A stretch of 64,000 bases of DNA from a virus, in IMG/VR virus record IMGVR_UViG_3300035180_001820, positions 3,268 to 67,267 of that record. The stretch is one strand, 5' to 3'. The notes under the pieces are model-generated. The model saw nothing but the letters and a program-made list of their open reading frames with translations. It had not been told where the DNA came from and did no database searches. Both the position numbers and the translations under genes were made by a program. Of the stretch, positions 32,148 to 44,611 are shown in pieces (positions within the stretch are counted from its first letter, which is position 1; the number at the start of each line of letters is the position of its first letter).

Positions 32148-32777
32148 TCAATTAAGATATTCAATTAATTTAGTATTAAAATTAACTTCATTTTTTCCAA
32201 GAAATTGCAATTCTGAAATATGTACAGTGTATTCATATTGAGTAACTTCTTTTTTGTTTATATATGCATAGCATCTACATTTTACATAATCACCATCTAA
32301 ACCAACTACACAATGATCACTATTATCTACATAAATCATTACTTTAGAATCTGGAACATTTAACATATCTAAAATTTCATGTGAATATAATGGTCGCCAA
32401 TCTCTAATATAATCAACGGATATTCCATAATTTGGAGTATTAATATATGTTAGTAACTCACCGTTCAAACCGGTTATTTTCCATGAACTATTGGAATCAT
32501 CCATAGGTTCTATTTTATGTATATACATCTCATTAATTTTACCACCTACACACCGTGTACCAAAATGAGTTTCTAATTTATGTACTCTCATATTTTTCTT
32601 TTTATTAAATCGTTTTTGAATTTCATCATGTTTACGAACATTTAATTGATTAATTAATTCTTCTTGTTCACCTTCAGTCATTGACGGCCATTTACGAATT
32701 TCTTCGGATGTACGTAAACAACCTAGACATAAACCATCCGATGATATTTTACATATCTTATTGCATGGACTTTTCAT
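32148..32777 (-). CDS. Protein with N-terminal DUF1289-like Cys domain
   Basis: SPCNKICKI...LCLGCLRTSEEIRKW..M. Confidence 0.75.
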   Translation of the reverse strand: MKSPCNKICKISSDGLCLGCLRTSEEIRKWPSMTEGEQEELINQLNVRKHDEIQKRFNKKKNMRVHKLETHFGTRCVGGKINEMYIHKIEPMDDSNSSWKITGLNGELLTYINTPNYGISVDYIRDWRPLYSHEILDMLNVPDSKVMIYVDNSDHCVVGLDGDYVKCRCYAYINKKEVTQYEYTVHISELQFLGKNEVNFNTKLIEYLN

Positions 32778-33685
32778 TAATGTCTAGCCTCTAATAATTG
32801 TTCATAAACATATTCACAATAATGTTTGAAAACATCATACTGAATATCAACAGTACTATTATATATTTTACAATATGGTTCACAACCTTCAAAACAAAAT
32901 AACTCTACACAAAGAAACTTTCCTTGACAATCATAAACATGAGCAACATTTATTTTTATTTTATTATCAATAACATAACCTCGTGAAAAGGTAATATCAT
33001 TATCTTTATCCATTACCCAATATATAGCGGTTTCTAATTTTATTTTCTCTAAATCATTCATTAGAATTTAATCTTTCTTAATTCATTAAAACTTTTATTA
33101 AGTTCTTCAAAAATCATACTTACATTAGCAAACATATTTGGTTCCCAATGTAAACCTTTACAGTCTTCCCAAGCATACATACATAACTTCATTATTTTTT
33201 GTTTGCTCCAAGGATTTCTATGTTCAACGGTTAACTTACATAAATAGTTTCCACTACTTCTATTAAGATAAGCATGTACACAGTTTAAGCATTCTTTATT
33301 CATTCTATTTCCTGCCAATTTCCATAACATGATTGTTCATAAGGTTCTTTAATATCAATATTTAATATTCTACATTTGTAAACTTTAGTTAAATGTGTGT
33401 ATTTATCTTTAACCATATTTCTACATGTATTACAAATTTCTATTTTATGATGGGCTCTTATTAATTCTCTTAATGGATTAAAATAAAAATAAATTATAGG
33501 ATTACCATTTTCATCAGTCTGAATATGACCATATTTTTTGAATAATTCTAATTCGGATGGAATATTAATAATTCTATCTAAATTAGATGCTAATCTTTGA
33601 CCAGCAATTCTTCCACATTTTTCACATGGATGCGTTATATGATTTCTACATCCTGGGTGATTACAATAATTTTTATTGTTCATTT

Positions 33686-34387
33686 CTATAATTCCAAAAT
33701 ATGAAAACGAACATCACCATCTTTCATCATACAATCGGTATTAATTAATATTGAATCACCAACAAGTGCAGTTGTTATTTGAGGGCGGTGAGAATGTCCT
33801 ACAATTTGATGTAATTTTCCAAATGGATTATTAACAAGCTCTCTCCAATCAGCCCACAATGGGCCTCCATGAGCATGCCAACCGCCACGATATTTACTAC
33901 AATGTGTTAATGATCCATTTATTTGACGATATAATGTATTTAGAAATTCATCAATACCCCAATCATCATTATATAATCTAGCTAATTGTGAATCCCAAAA
34001 ACCTTGGGTGATACCTGCATGAGTCCATAAGATATTTCCATGTTGATATGCTAATGTAAATTTATATTCATTCTCATCATATAATTGTTTTATTTGCCAT
34101 TGACATTCCGTTTTGAATCCACTACACCAAAGTGCATTTTGATTTTGGACTCTACCTAACATAAAATATTGATAATCATGATTACCAACTAATAGTTTTA
34201 TCTTATCTGGAAATTTATCTTTCCATCTAACAATTTCTACTAAATTCAAATAACATTCACTTGGTGTATGTGTAAATGAATCTAAATAATCACCAATAAA
34301 TATAATAGTATCATATTCATGTTCATGCCCAATTACATCTTTCCATGAATCACGACCATGAACATCTCCAATAGTTAATATTCTCAT
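33686..34387 (-). CDS. Calcineurin-like metallophosphoesterase
   Basis: IGDVHG, IGDYLD, VGNHD, THAG, VGHS. Confidence 0.92.
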   Translation of the reverse strand: MRILTIGDVHGRDSWKDVIGHEHEYDTIIFIGDYLDSFTHTPSECYLNLVEIVRWKDKFPDKIKLLVGNHDYQYFMLGRVQNQNALWCSGFKTECQWQIKQLYDENEYKFTLAYQHGNILWTHAGITQGFWDSQLARLYNDDWGIDEFLNTLYRQINGSLTHCSKYRGGWHAHGGPLWADWRELVNNPFGKLHQIVGHSHRPQITTALVGDSILINTDCMMKDGDVRFHILEL

Positions 34388-35058
34388 TTGTCTAAAGTCT
34401 TTCTTAATTTTTCTAATTCAACCGACATGCTATCATTTTTGTCATAAGGTAAAAATTCATATTTATAAAGTTGTTTATGTATATCATAAAATCCATAAAT
34501 ACATTTTAATATTATTTCAAGTCTAAATAATAATGTCATTACTAAATATAATGATATAAAGAACCATGTTATCATTGATAAATCAGCAACGGCCGAACCT
34601 GCTAAAACTTTATTTGTAGTTAAATAATTAATTACATTATTGGAACATGACACTAACCAATATGTAAAATAAAACCATATACTATGACATATCATTAATC
34701 CAAAACAACCTGCTTGTGCTACATAATATGTACGTTTATATTTAATAAGTTTCAATATGTTTCTTTCGTTTTTATTTTAACAAAGTTACCATTATAAAAG
34801 ATTAAAAATTTTGATTCTAATTCATATAATGAATATTCATTTCTATCATCAACATAACATACATATGTATTTGTTTTACTTGAGCTAAAACATTTTGTAA
34901 TTTTATGTTTTAATTTATGTTTACAACCAATAAACATAACAGGCCTACCAATAAATGCCTTTGGATCTGTAATTAGATATGAATCTTCTGGAGCCTCTTT
35001 CCATAATTTCCAACATGATTTTTTACTAACTGGTATATCTTCATTAACTTTGAATTTT

Positions 35059-35994
35059 TCAATCATTGGTAATTCTGATATGATAATCATTTGGAAATTT
35101 TGATTTTATATAACCACCATCAATCATTCTATGAGCCCAATCCAAATGTCCTATTTGTCCTACTTCATAAAATTTACCATCAGGTGATACCCAACCGTGC
35201 ATATGATTTTTATTCAATATATCAGGTTCATAGAAATTTGCACGAGGAGGGGCTAAAAATTTATCTAAGTTATCAAGTGCTTCTTTACTAACATTTGAAA
35301 GTCCATCACCTTTAAGTATACTTAATACTTGTCTTGGTGATTTAGGTGTACGTGCATCAGATGCATAACCCATTTCTGCCAGTTCAATAATTGAATTATC
35401 TGAAAATATTTTATGCCAAGGAAAGTCAGACATTTTCATTCCAAGAAATTCATAAAGAATCTCAAGACCTTCAAAATGTTTTTTAATTTTTTTATTTCCA
35501 TTTTTTATTTTTTCAACATCGACCTCTCTGTCTGAAAAATAATCATTAGGACCTCTTCTATATGTTCCGCCAGTTGCATTGGCTAACCCAGGCACTTTAC
35601 GAGCCTTATCTGAAAACCAAGGTTCATCAGTATCATCATCAGGTTCACCACACATAAGAAGAATATCTCTTTTAAGAGCTGTACAATTTGAGATATCTCT
35701 AAGAGCAAGATCTTCAATCTTACTAATCATTCGCTCAACAACAGGTTTACAGATATCTAAATTAATAGTAAACAGTTGCAATTCATGAGGAGGTTCTTGT
35801 GTACTACCTCTTAATTCCATACCACCTGTACATATACCAATAGCCTGAGCAACGGTTGCGCCCAAGCCAAGTGTATAAATATCTATTGCCTTTTTAATAT
35901 CATAAGATTCCCAAAGATCTCGACCGATATTATTCATTCCTTCACCTGTAGTGTAGAAATGTAATACTTCTGTTTTGTTTTTAGTTTTAGCCAT
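35059..35994 (-). CDS. Hypothetical protein
   Basis: 311 aa; C-terminal GWVSPDGKFY....GH..WA motif. Confidence 0.65.
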   Translation of the reverse strand: MAKTKNKTEVLHFYTTGEGMNNIGRDLWESYDIKKAIDIYTLGLGATVAQAIGICTGGMELRGSTQEPPHELQLFTINLDICKPVVERMISKIEDLALRDISNCTALKRDILLMCGEPDDDTDEPWFSDKARKVPGLANATGGTYRRGPNDYFSDREVDVEKIKNGNKKIKKHFEGLEILYEFLGMKMSDFPWHKIFSDNSIIELAEMGYASDARTPKSPRQVLSILKGDGLSNVSKEALDNLDKFLAPPRANFYEPDILNKNHMHGWVSPDGKFYEVGQIGHLDWAHRMIDGGYIKSKFPNDYHIRITND

Positions 35995-37409
35995 TTTATA
36001 TTAAACCTTTTTTATGCAAATCATTTAAGACATTTATAGTTGTAATAAATTGTGCTAATCTTTCACCTTCAACATTAAGTACATCCGTATTAATATAACC
36101 ATAATCTATTTTATGATTCATAATTGTTTCAATTGTACTAATGTCCTCAGGTTTATCGAAACACTTCTTCATCCAAGGTTCCATTTCCCATCTAGGAGTG
36201 TGCATTGGATATCCTTTCAAACATAGGTGTTAAATTCATCGCGGTTAATCTTTCAACTTCCCAACGTGCACGTTCTAACCAACCCAATCTCATATTTTCG
36301 GCAAACATTCTTAATGCCACTAATGACGATGACACATACATTTTTTCAGATACTTTATCATTAACTTTATATATGTATACATCTGATGCAGGTGCTATAC
36401 CATAGTCATCAGGTTTTATTTTAAAGTTATCTAAGTTACCTAAATAAAATGTTTTGTTTTTAAAGTTGATACATAAATAAAAATGACATTCAACTTCAGA
36501 TGTTTCTTCTAATTTTTTCATGACTTATACATATGAATTATTATACAATCGTGTGGGTATGAGATAAAGCAGTCAGTTCCAAGAAATAAAAGTTTCAAAT
36601 CAATTTTCATATAATCTATGATATTAGTATTTCTTGGAACTATAATCCAACAACCATTATCAGTAGTATCAAAATTAAGAATCTTACAATTTAAGATATC
36701 TTTAACTTTTGACTTTAATTCCTTTTTCTTTTCTGACTTTGTCATAAAAGTTCCAAATTAACCAATAGTCTTAAACTTCTCAATTTACAATCAGGATGTG
36801 TAGTATGATTTGACATATATTCATCAACATCACCTGCACCTAAATTACATCTTTCAACATAATATCCTCTTTCGGCGGAATCATATTCCCCAGTAAAAGG
36901 ACAATCCCAACAGGATGTAACTTTTAGATCTTCGGTTTTCTTTTCTGTATTTTCCATCTAATCCATTAAAAATTTTGATATATAAATATAACTATATTTT
37001 CATAGGCTGTCAATAGAGTTTTATAATCATTTTTAATGAAAATTAAGCCATTCAAAACTGTATCAAAACGAAACAGCCTAATACACAAATAATCAGTCTA
37101 TGGTTATATATGGATTAGGCTATTCAACACTGACTAGACTCTTCTAGCAAGTTAATTTTCATCTTATTTTATGACAAAATTTACAATCCGTCATATTCAA
37201 CAAATATCGTTTTTCCGCTTTTAATTCGTCTACGTATATTTTTAATTGGTATATTAAACATTGTTTTATCTAACTTTCGTTTATGTCCTTTTTGTACATA
37301 AACATCAATTGATTTTTGATTACCTTTTTTATCATAGTTAACAGATAATACGGTAATTATATTTTTCCTATGCTTAAAATGTTGTCCCATACGAAACACA
37401 ACAAAAGTA

Positions 37410-38520
37410 TTATTCTTCATCATTATCTCCACATATATTCCAATCATAATCAATTACATTTATAGTAGCTTCATGTGTAAAATTTATTTTTGAATTTTCA
37501 TATGAAACTTTTGGAGTATTAAACATTTCAGATATTTTTATCATATGATATAACTGAATTGTAATATCTTCAGATACTATAACGTAAATTACAGTGTGAT
37601 CTCTATAGATATGTAAAAATGCGGTACCGAAAAGTTCTTTAAGTTTTTCGGTATAAATCTCAACAAATTTAGTTGATGTCATATACAACATTTCTATCAA
37701 TATCAAGTACTGTGACTATGACATTGGTTCCATAAATAGTACTATCACTATAATCACCTACAGTAATATTTGTACTTTTCAATAATGCAGATAGTAATGT
37801 TAAATCAATTAACTCAATATCATGAACAGGATCTAAATCAATTATACAAAAAATACCAGATGCTTGTGTTTCTATAAAACTAACATTATGAATAATATCT
37901 TTACCAAAAATATCAAATATTTTTCCAACTAATGTTGTTGTTTTATTACCATAAATCTCATTCATTATTTTGAGTCCAATAATTTATCAAAAAAATCACA
38001 ATCAATTTGCATCTCAAAATATTCATCTTGACCATCATTGAATACTATTATTCTAATACTCTTTGCATCAAAATACTTTTCGATGTTTTTTAATTGTTCT
38101 AAATATATTCCACTATCAGGTGAAATTTTTACAGTAACTGCAAATGGATGAATATCAATATCAAGGACTTGTTTATCATACCACAAGTCCTTAACATATT
38201 TTTCCATTTCAATAAAAATAGGATTATCAATAACCATCTAAAATAGATCCTTTCTTTTGGAAAACATCGGTCTTTATTGTTACAAGTAAAAAATTAACAT
38301 CCATATCGGTTAATATTGAGACCGATATTTGTGATGGTTGAATCAACTCAAACATAAATGATAATTCATAAAGTTGGCTAACGGTTAATACCGTGTTACC
38401 TTGAAATAAAATTTCAGTTACATTTTCTTCAATTTCATCAACCTTTATAGCTACATATGATAATGCAAATGATCTTTGTAACATCCTATCGGCTTTTCTT
38501 AATTTTTTAGCATCTAACAT
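37410..38520 (-). CDS. Tandem block of four ~90-98 aa diverged paralogs (37410..37706, 37669..37965, 37965..38237, 38227..38520)
   Basis: Similar length and shared pattern I.L..L..(I/L)S..F....I.(I/V). Confidence 0.6.
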
Positions 38521-39644
38521 TATTTACTCGAATTTTTTAATAGAAATTTATTTGATACTGCTTTAAATGAAAACCTAGTACCTTTATTATAAACATTAAA
38601 TACTAAACCTTCTCGGTCAACTTGACTGTTTAACATACTTTTACCATCAGCCATTGCAATGAAATATTGAACTGCATTATCACGACTAGTAGGTGAAAAA
38701 TAAATAAGCCCATTTGCCACAATCCTAACAAAAGGAACGGTATGTATTGAATCGAATTTTTTAGATTCGTCGGTTTGTTTATAGTAACCTGTAATATTAC
38801 TTATGAAAGATAAATCCATATCATAAGGTTGTTTATCGTAAACGGTCCCATCAGTAATTAACATTATTCTAAAAACAAAAAACTGATGCTCTGTTAATTT
38901 ATAATGATTATCTTGAATGTTTGGACCTACGATTTCACCTTGAAACACAACCGCAATTGTACCTAAACTTTTTGCTTGTTCTGATTCCATAAAACATTTG
39001 AAAACATTTTCTATGTCATATTTTCTAGCAATTTCCCAATGCTTATTACCTTCAGTATCTTTCAATTGAAGATTCCTTGAACAAACACCAAATCCTTCAT
39101 CTTTATGATAAAAGAAAGTTGCAGATGTACCATCAAGCTTTTCAGTAATAAGAATTAATGCTTCACTTAAACCTGAGCATGCTCTATCAATCTTTATAGC
39201 AATTGCTGGAATATTTTGAACTCTCTCTTCATCGGTCTTTGGAATCCATGAAGGAAAATTACCTTTAGCCATTCCTTGAAGACATGCTGGAATTTTCGGT
39301 TCATATTTAAGAATGTCATACCATTCTGTCATATCTGAACCTTCAACAAATTCACATGCATCATTCTTAGGTGCAGGTATAATCAAACCTTGACTAATTT
39401 GTCCCCTAAGTTTAATGGTCTTAAGACGATACCTTTCACTAGTTTCATCTTTGAATAGAAACTCAAATTCAGGACGCCTTGGTAATAGACTATCAATTTC
39501 AAAATATACAATCAGCTCCCCTACTGAATGTAATCCCTTTTTAACAACAACGGCCCATCCTCCTACCATAGCAACTTCAATTGCATCTGCGTTCTCTATT
39601 GGTAGAATCTCTGTAATTTTTTTAATACTTGCTAATTGTCTCAT
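38520..39644 (-). CDS. RNA ligase, DRB0094/Rnl5 family
   Basis: N-terminal RQLASI..I..I.PIENADAIE, LRGQISQGL, FPSWIPKTDEERVQN, TEKLDGTS, QGEIVGP.IQ.N, REGLV, SFKAVSNKFLL. Confidence 0.92.
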   Translation of the reverse strand: MRQLASIKKITEILPIENADAIEVAMVGGWAVVVKKGLHSVGELIVYFEIDSLLPRRPEFEFLFKDETSERYRLKTIKLRGQISQGLIIPAPKNDACEFVEGSDMTEWYDILKYEPKIPACLQGMAKGNFPSWIPKTDEERVQNIPAIAIKIDRACSGLSEALILITEKLDGTSATFFYHKDEGFGVCSRNLQLKDTEGNKHWEIARKYDIENVFKCFMESEQAKSLGTIAVVFQGEIVGPNIQDNHYKLTEHQFFVFRIMLITDGTVYDKQPYDMDLSFISNITGYYKQTDESKKFDSIHTVPFVRIVANGLIYFSPTSRDNAVQYFIAMADGKSMLNSQVDREGLVFNVYNKGTRFSFKAVSNKFLLKNSSK

Positions 39645-41099
39645 TTTAATACCTTTACATTATCAATTGCTTTTTGTGATATGTACCTCATATCAACTTC
39701 TAAAATAAACTCTACATTTAACATATCATATGTATGACATCTAAATTCTGCGAAAGTATGTTCATATAAATCTAAAAATTTATGAACCATTTCTTTTTCT
39801 AACATACTTAAATTATAACCAGTATCTTTAACCATCCTAAATCTTACACGATATGTATTAGTTAGTCCATCATAATTTAATATAATTTTAGGTACAGGTA
39901 ATTGATACGCTTTACATAAAAAAGTTACGGTTTCTGTAATATTTTGTCTTACAACTTTACGCCTACCAAATGAATCAATATTAAAAAATGATAACGGTCT
40001 AAAGTTCTTCATATTAATCTTTCTTAAAATTAATTGATTTTAATGTCGTGATATCATCATTAAAACTAATAACATATTTTTGTCTAATTTCATCCGCTTT
40101 ATTAATTAATGCGTTTTTATTGTTAGAATAAAAATGGTGGTTTGATTTATTATATTGATATACTTCAGGGTTAACTTCTTCTAATAAATTAGACTCTAAT
40201 AATTTATCACTATCGGTTAAACTTAACAATAATATTAAATCTTCAAAATCAGTGTATAAATGATATTTAAGATGAATCATTTTTTCTTTCTAAGTATCAT
40301 TTTATAATGATCTGCATAATATTGATGCACTTGTTCAACTTGACGATTTGATGCAGCCCATGAAACTTTAATAAAATCAATATCATTCATTTTAGATTTC
40401 AAATCTTTAATAAGCGATAAAAGTTTCATACCACTATATAAATTATAGTAGTCATTTAATTCATCGGCATATATGCCAATCTGATGACCATCTATAGATG
40501 CACCATCAATTGAATGTAATGACCATTCATCAACTTTTGTTTTGTTAATTTTATTAACATAAATCTCAATTGAAGAATCATCATTTTCAAGATGATCATG
40601 AACTTCGATAATTGTCATATCATCAGTTTCACATAACTCATAAAGATCTTTGAAAAATCTAATATGTAACCTACCTAATTCTGAAGTAAGATTAACATAC
40701 AGTATATAAAAGTCTGGTGCATTTGGATCATTGCGTAATCGTACACCAACATCCTTTTGGTTATAATCCAAAGATATCTGACATACTTTTGATGTCACAT
40801 ATTCATTAGCACGTTCTAAATCGGTTTTAAGTTCGAACTGTTTATTCATCCTAATCCAAATAATGTTTAATAATAATTACGCGGCAATTTAATCTGTCCA
40901 ATGTTCTTCCCATTTTAATTTCACATGTATTATTAGGAAAAATCATACTTATTTCTTCTGAAATAATAATTGACTTTTTAGATGCAGAATTAAAACATAT
41001 ATATAAATTTTTACCTTTGATATATGTGCACAATAACGGTTCATCATAATTTGAAAAGACGTCACTTATACGCAATTTATCTAAAATTGGATTAATCAT

Positions 41100-41264
41100 T
41101 TATACACCAAATGTTTCTTTTATTTCAGGCCATACTAAAAACAATGCAATGATAGCAGCAATTCCTGCAATAGCAACACTACCTTCAACAGTAACAAATG
41201 CTACACCAACTAAAATCAATGCTGAATTAACACGTAATTTCTGAGTGCCTAAATGTTCGTTCAT
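41100..41264 (-). CDS. Small membrane protein (54 aa)
   Basis: Below track cutoff; MNEHLGTQKLRVNSALILVGVAF..., AGGT RBS, stop abuts the next start. Confidence 0.6.
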   Translation of the reverse strand: MNEHLGTQKLRVNSALILVGVAFVTVEGSVAIAGIAAIIALFLVWPEIKETFGV

Positions 41265-41271
41265 TGTAACC

Positions 41272-41418
41272 TTATTTTAATTTCTTATGTTTTGAATGTC
41301 TGCGATATTTTGTTTTATCGACATAAACTTTACCGCTCTTTAAAAAGCGATGTTTAACTAACTGTTTGTTTAATTCATCAGCCGTTAAAATTAACAAAAT
41401 TTCTTTTTTATTTTTCAT
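41272..41418 (-). CDS. Small basic protein (48 aa) with ArfA-like C-terminal motif
   Basis: MKNKKEILLILTADELNKQLVKHRFLKSGKVYVDKTKYRRHSKHKKLK; ATG 5 nt after the -10 box of promoter 41424-41452. Confidence 0.6.
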   Translation of the reverse strand: MKNKKEILLILTADELNKQLVKHRFLKSGKVYVDKTKYRRHSKHKKLK

Positions 41419-41458
41419 ATATAAATATAACCAATTAAACCTTAAATGTCAATAGAGT

Positions 41459-41818
41459 TTATTTGGCTTCAACTAAATATTTGAATAAATTCATTTCTTT
41501 AATAGTTAAATCAACCCAAACAAAACCAAAGGATGGATATGCAAGACGGAGAGCTTCTACAAACAGTGGCCATTTAGGATCGCTTGTTGACTTTGGCTTA
41601 TGTTCATATTCCCAGATGTATCGTTGTTTAGATGCTGCCCAGATTTTTTCTAACATACCTTTGTATAATTCTTGAGATGCACCGCGTAAATTGCGTACTT
41701 CATTTTTATGATACTTTAAAATTAGAATTTTTCCGGTTGGAGACTTTATTATAAGATTATCGGTCTCAAAATTACCGCTATTCCAAGTTGCTTCGCACTT
41801 AACTAATTTTTCTGTCAT
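41459..41818 (-). CDS. Hypothetical protein (single-gene cassette)
   Basis: 119 aa, bounded on both sides by promoter repeats. Confidence 0.65.
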   Translation of the reverse strand: MTEKLVKCEATWNSGNFETDNLIIKSPTGKILILKYHKNEVRNLRGASQELYKGMLEKIWAASKQRYIWEYEHKPKSTSDPKWPLFVEALRLAYPSFGFVWVDLTIKEMNLFKYLVEAK

Positions 41819-43379
41819 TTAATCTATTCTATTAAAAATTTTGATATACAAATATAACTATAATTTCATAGACTGTCAATAGAGTTAGTAAAATAATTAA
41901 GATTTTTATGGTCTTATTTTAAGCTTTTTTATGACCCATATAAAGGGTCTAGTAAGTGTATTTTACAGTGACTGATAGTTTATATTACTATCAATTTTGG
42001 GACATTTTAAAGCAATGATATTAACTGTAATATGATAAATACAATCCAAAATGGAACATAAATTATATGGAAAAATGGTACTACATACCAATTGAATAAC
42101 CACCAAAAACCAGTGTTTTAAGACTTGAGTATATCATAGAACTGGTTATCAATCGAGATGCTGATATATTGTTTGGTTTGTATGAACTTAATACTGCTCT
42201 TGAAATTGATTTAACAATTGAATTTAGATATTTAGGATCTATAGTTTCGTTAGATTCTGTATTTTGTGTGGACATTTTTATAACCTTTATTTTGAAATTT
42301 GGCGAAGCCTTTTGAAGTTGTTCTGCAACTTCAAAAAACTGAAGTCTATAGAATGTGGAGGTTCTCCCGACACATTCTATTTTAAGTCAGTAATAACCAT
42401 TTCCTTCAGTAGAACCAGATAAATAATTATACAAGTATTTTTGCTTTTAAACAAAATCTAAAGAAAAAATATTATTAATTTTTTTTAATCAAATTTTAAT
42501 CAAACTTTAATTAACACCTGCTATTGAACTATCTTTGTACATATAGTTTTCTAACAGTTCTTCAGGTGTAAGTGTTTTAACTGTAAATGGATTATTAGTA
42601 CTTATTGCAACTAAAGCTGTGTTCGCTGTTAATAATACACCAACAACTTCTATAACTTTTCCATTATCATAACTTTTTAATTTTACATATTTTTTTGAAA
42701 ACTTAGCTATTAACTCTTGAGTGTTATATGGTCTTGGATTTGACATGATATTCCTTAAATATTTTATTGTTTTATAATAAATATAAAGATATAATATTAT
42801 GTGTTATGATAATCAGGTTCATTAACTTTATATATTTTACGAAATAATTCAATAGGTACTTTTAATGTTTCTATTCCAAATTTTGTATATTCATTATATC
42901 CACCGGCTTGAAATATTTTAAGATCTTTGCTATTGAGTAACCTAAATAATTTATTTAGATTTTTGATTTCAATACCGCTTGGTTTATCAAAAACAAAATA
43001 TAATCTATATAAATGATCACTCATTGGATTTACTTCAACACTGACTAACTTGCTATTTATTATTTTTTCAAATTTATCAATAAACTTTTTAGTTGGTAGG
43101 TTTTTAATATTACTTAATATTTTATTCATCGTTTTGTCCAATCATGTACATCGTCAATTTGTCGAGTGTTGTTAATTCTTAAAGCTTCAATCCATTTATC
43201 GGATACCGATTTTGCATATGCCTGAATATCAGATAATGAATCGGAATAAATAATTCCATGATTTCTATACAATGCAGGCCAATCTTTTACCGGTTTATTA
43301 TCATCGTTTTCATGTGACCGTTTACATTTAACTATAGTAAGATGTTTCCTGTTACTTTCAGTTAATAACATATATGTTA

Positions 43380-43648
43380 TCACGTTCTATATTCCTTAAA
43401 TGTAACAAAAATTTGATTTACAGGATATGCATAATGTATACCTTCATAAAAATATGAATGTAAAAATACATTATGTTGTGTTGATACTACTAATACATTG
43501 TCACACTTACAAAAAATTCATATTGCTCAACACAACTTTCACCATATATAATTTTTTTATCCTTGACTTCAACTTTATCTGTAAAGATAACGCATTGAAT
43601 TTTTCTATCGCTAGAAAACATGTCTCTTAATTTATTTGCTATATTCAT
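43380..43648 (-). pseudogene. Frameshifted probable member of the ~95-aa paralog family
   Basis: MNIANKLRDMF...YEFF then KCDNVLVVS...FKEYRT* in another frame across a T6 run; 269 nt fills the gap between neighbours. Confidence 0.45.
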
Positions 43649-44383
43649 ATTAACCCCTTGCTGGTTGTATGGATGTATCAGAATTGAGACAGTCGAGGAA
43701 CCCTTCGGATCGTCCTCTTACAAGGGCATCATCTGCATAAGTCATCATAAATTCAATAAACTCATGCTCACGATAATTTTTCATTACCTTAAAAATAACA
43801 AAATCCTGATATTTAATCTTAGCATCCTTTGCCTGAAACTTATGATTAAAATCAGCAACCGCTCTCTGATAATCATTTTTATTATACTCATCAATTTCAT
43901 GCTTTGAACCAGCGATACGATTTGTGTTATCCATTTTCAATTTCTCATCCAATCATTTTTATCTGTTAATGGGTCTAAAAAATTTAATTCTATTAATTCT
44001 AAATTGACAAACTCTATTTCAATATCAGTTAAATCATATAACTTTATACATTCATCATAATGTTCTTTATAAAGTTTATCACTTATTCTGAACTTACTTG
44101 CATTATGTAAGTGATTAGCAATTGCTTTAAGTTTTGTTCTACGAAAATTGGGTATTAACATTATTAATAATCCTTCCCAAAATCATATCCAGATTCGTAA
44201 CCATCATTACGTGAAATTTCTAACATTTCACGCATTAACAAAAATACATCAGCATCTTCCAGATTATAATCATTTTTAATTCTTATCATATCCAAAATAA
44301 AGAGGTCATCTGATAATGCATTTTCATTAACTTTTTGCATTTCTGCTAAAACCTCAATGTACTTATCGTTTGTTCTTTTCATA

Positions 44384-44611
44384 TTACCTTATATCAAAAT
44401 AAACACTTAATGTATGAAGTAGGTTCTCATAGTCACCACTAATAGCTTCCTCTTGGATATCTTTCCAAGTGATATTAAGTGGGTCAAAATGTTTTCGATT
44501 GCTTATAAAAACTTTTCGAGCTACACCAAGAATAGCAAAAGCATTTCCATCGGTACCTACTATTTTAAGTTTAGGTCTTACGGCTGGGACAGGTGCATTT
44601 AAAGTTGTCAT
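44384..44611 (-). CDS. Conserved small phage protein (GxDGNAFAILG family)
   Basis: KLKIVGTDGNAFAILG...EAISGDYENLL; first gene after promoter 44644-44672. Confidence 0.7.
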   Translation of the reverse strand: MTTLNAPVPAVRPKLKIVGTDGNAFAILGVARKVFISNRKHFDPLNITWKDIQEEAISGDYENLLHTLSVYFDIR

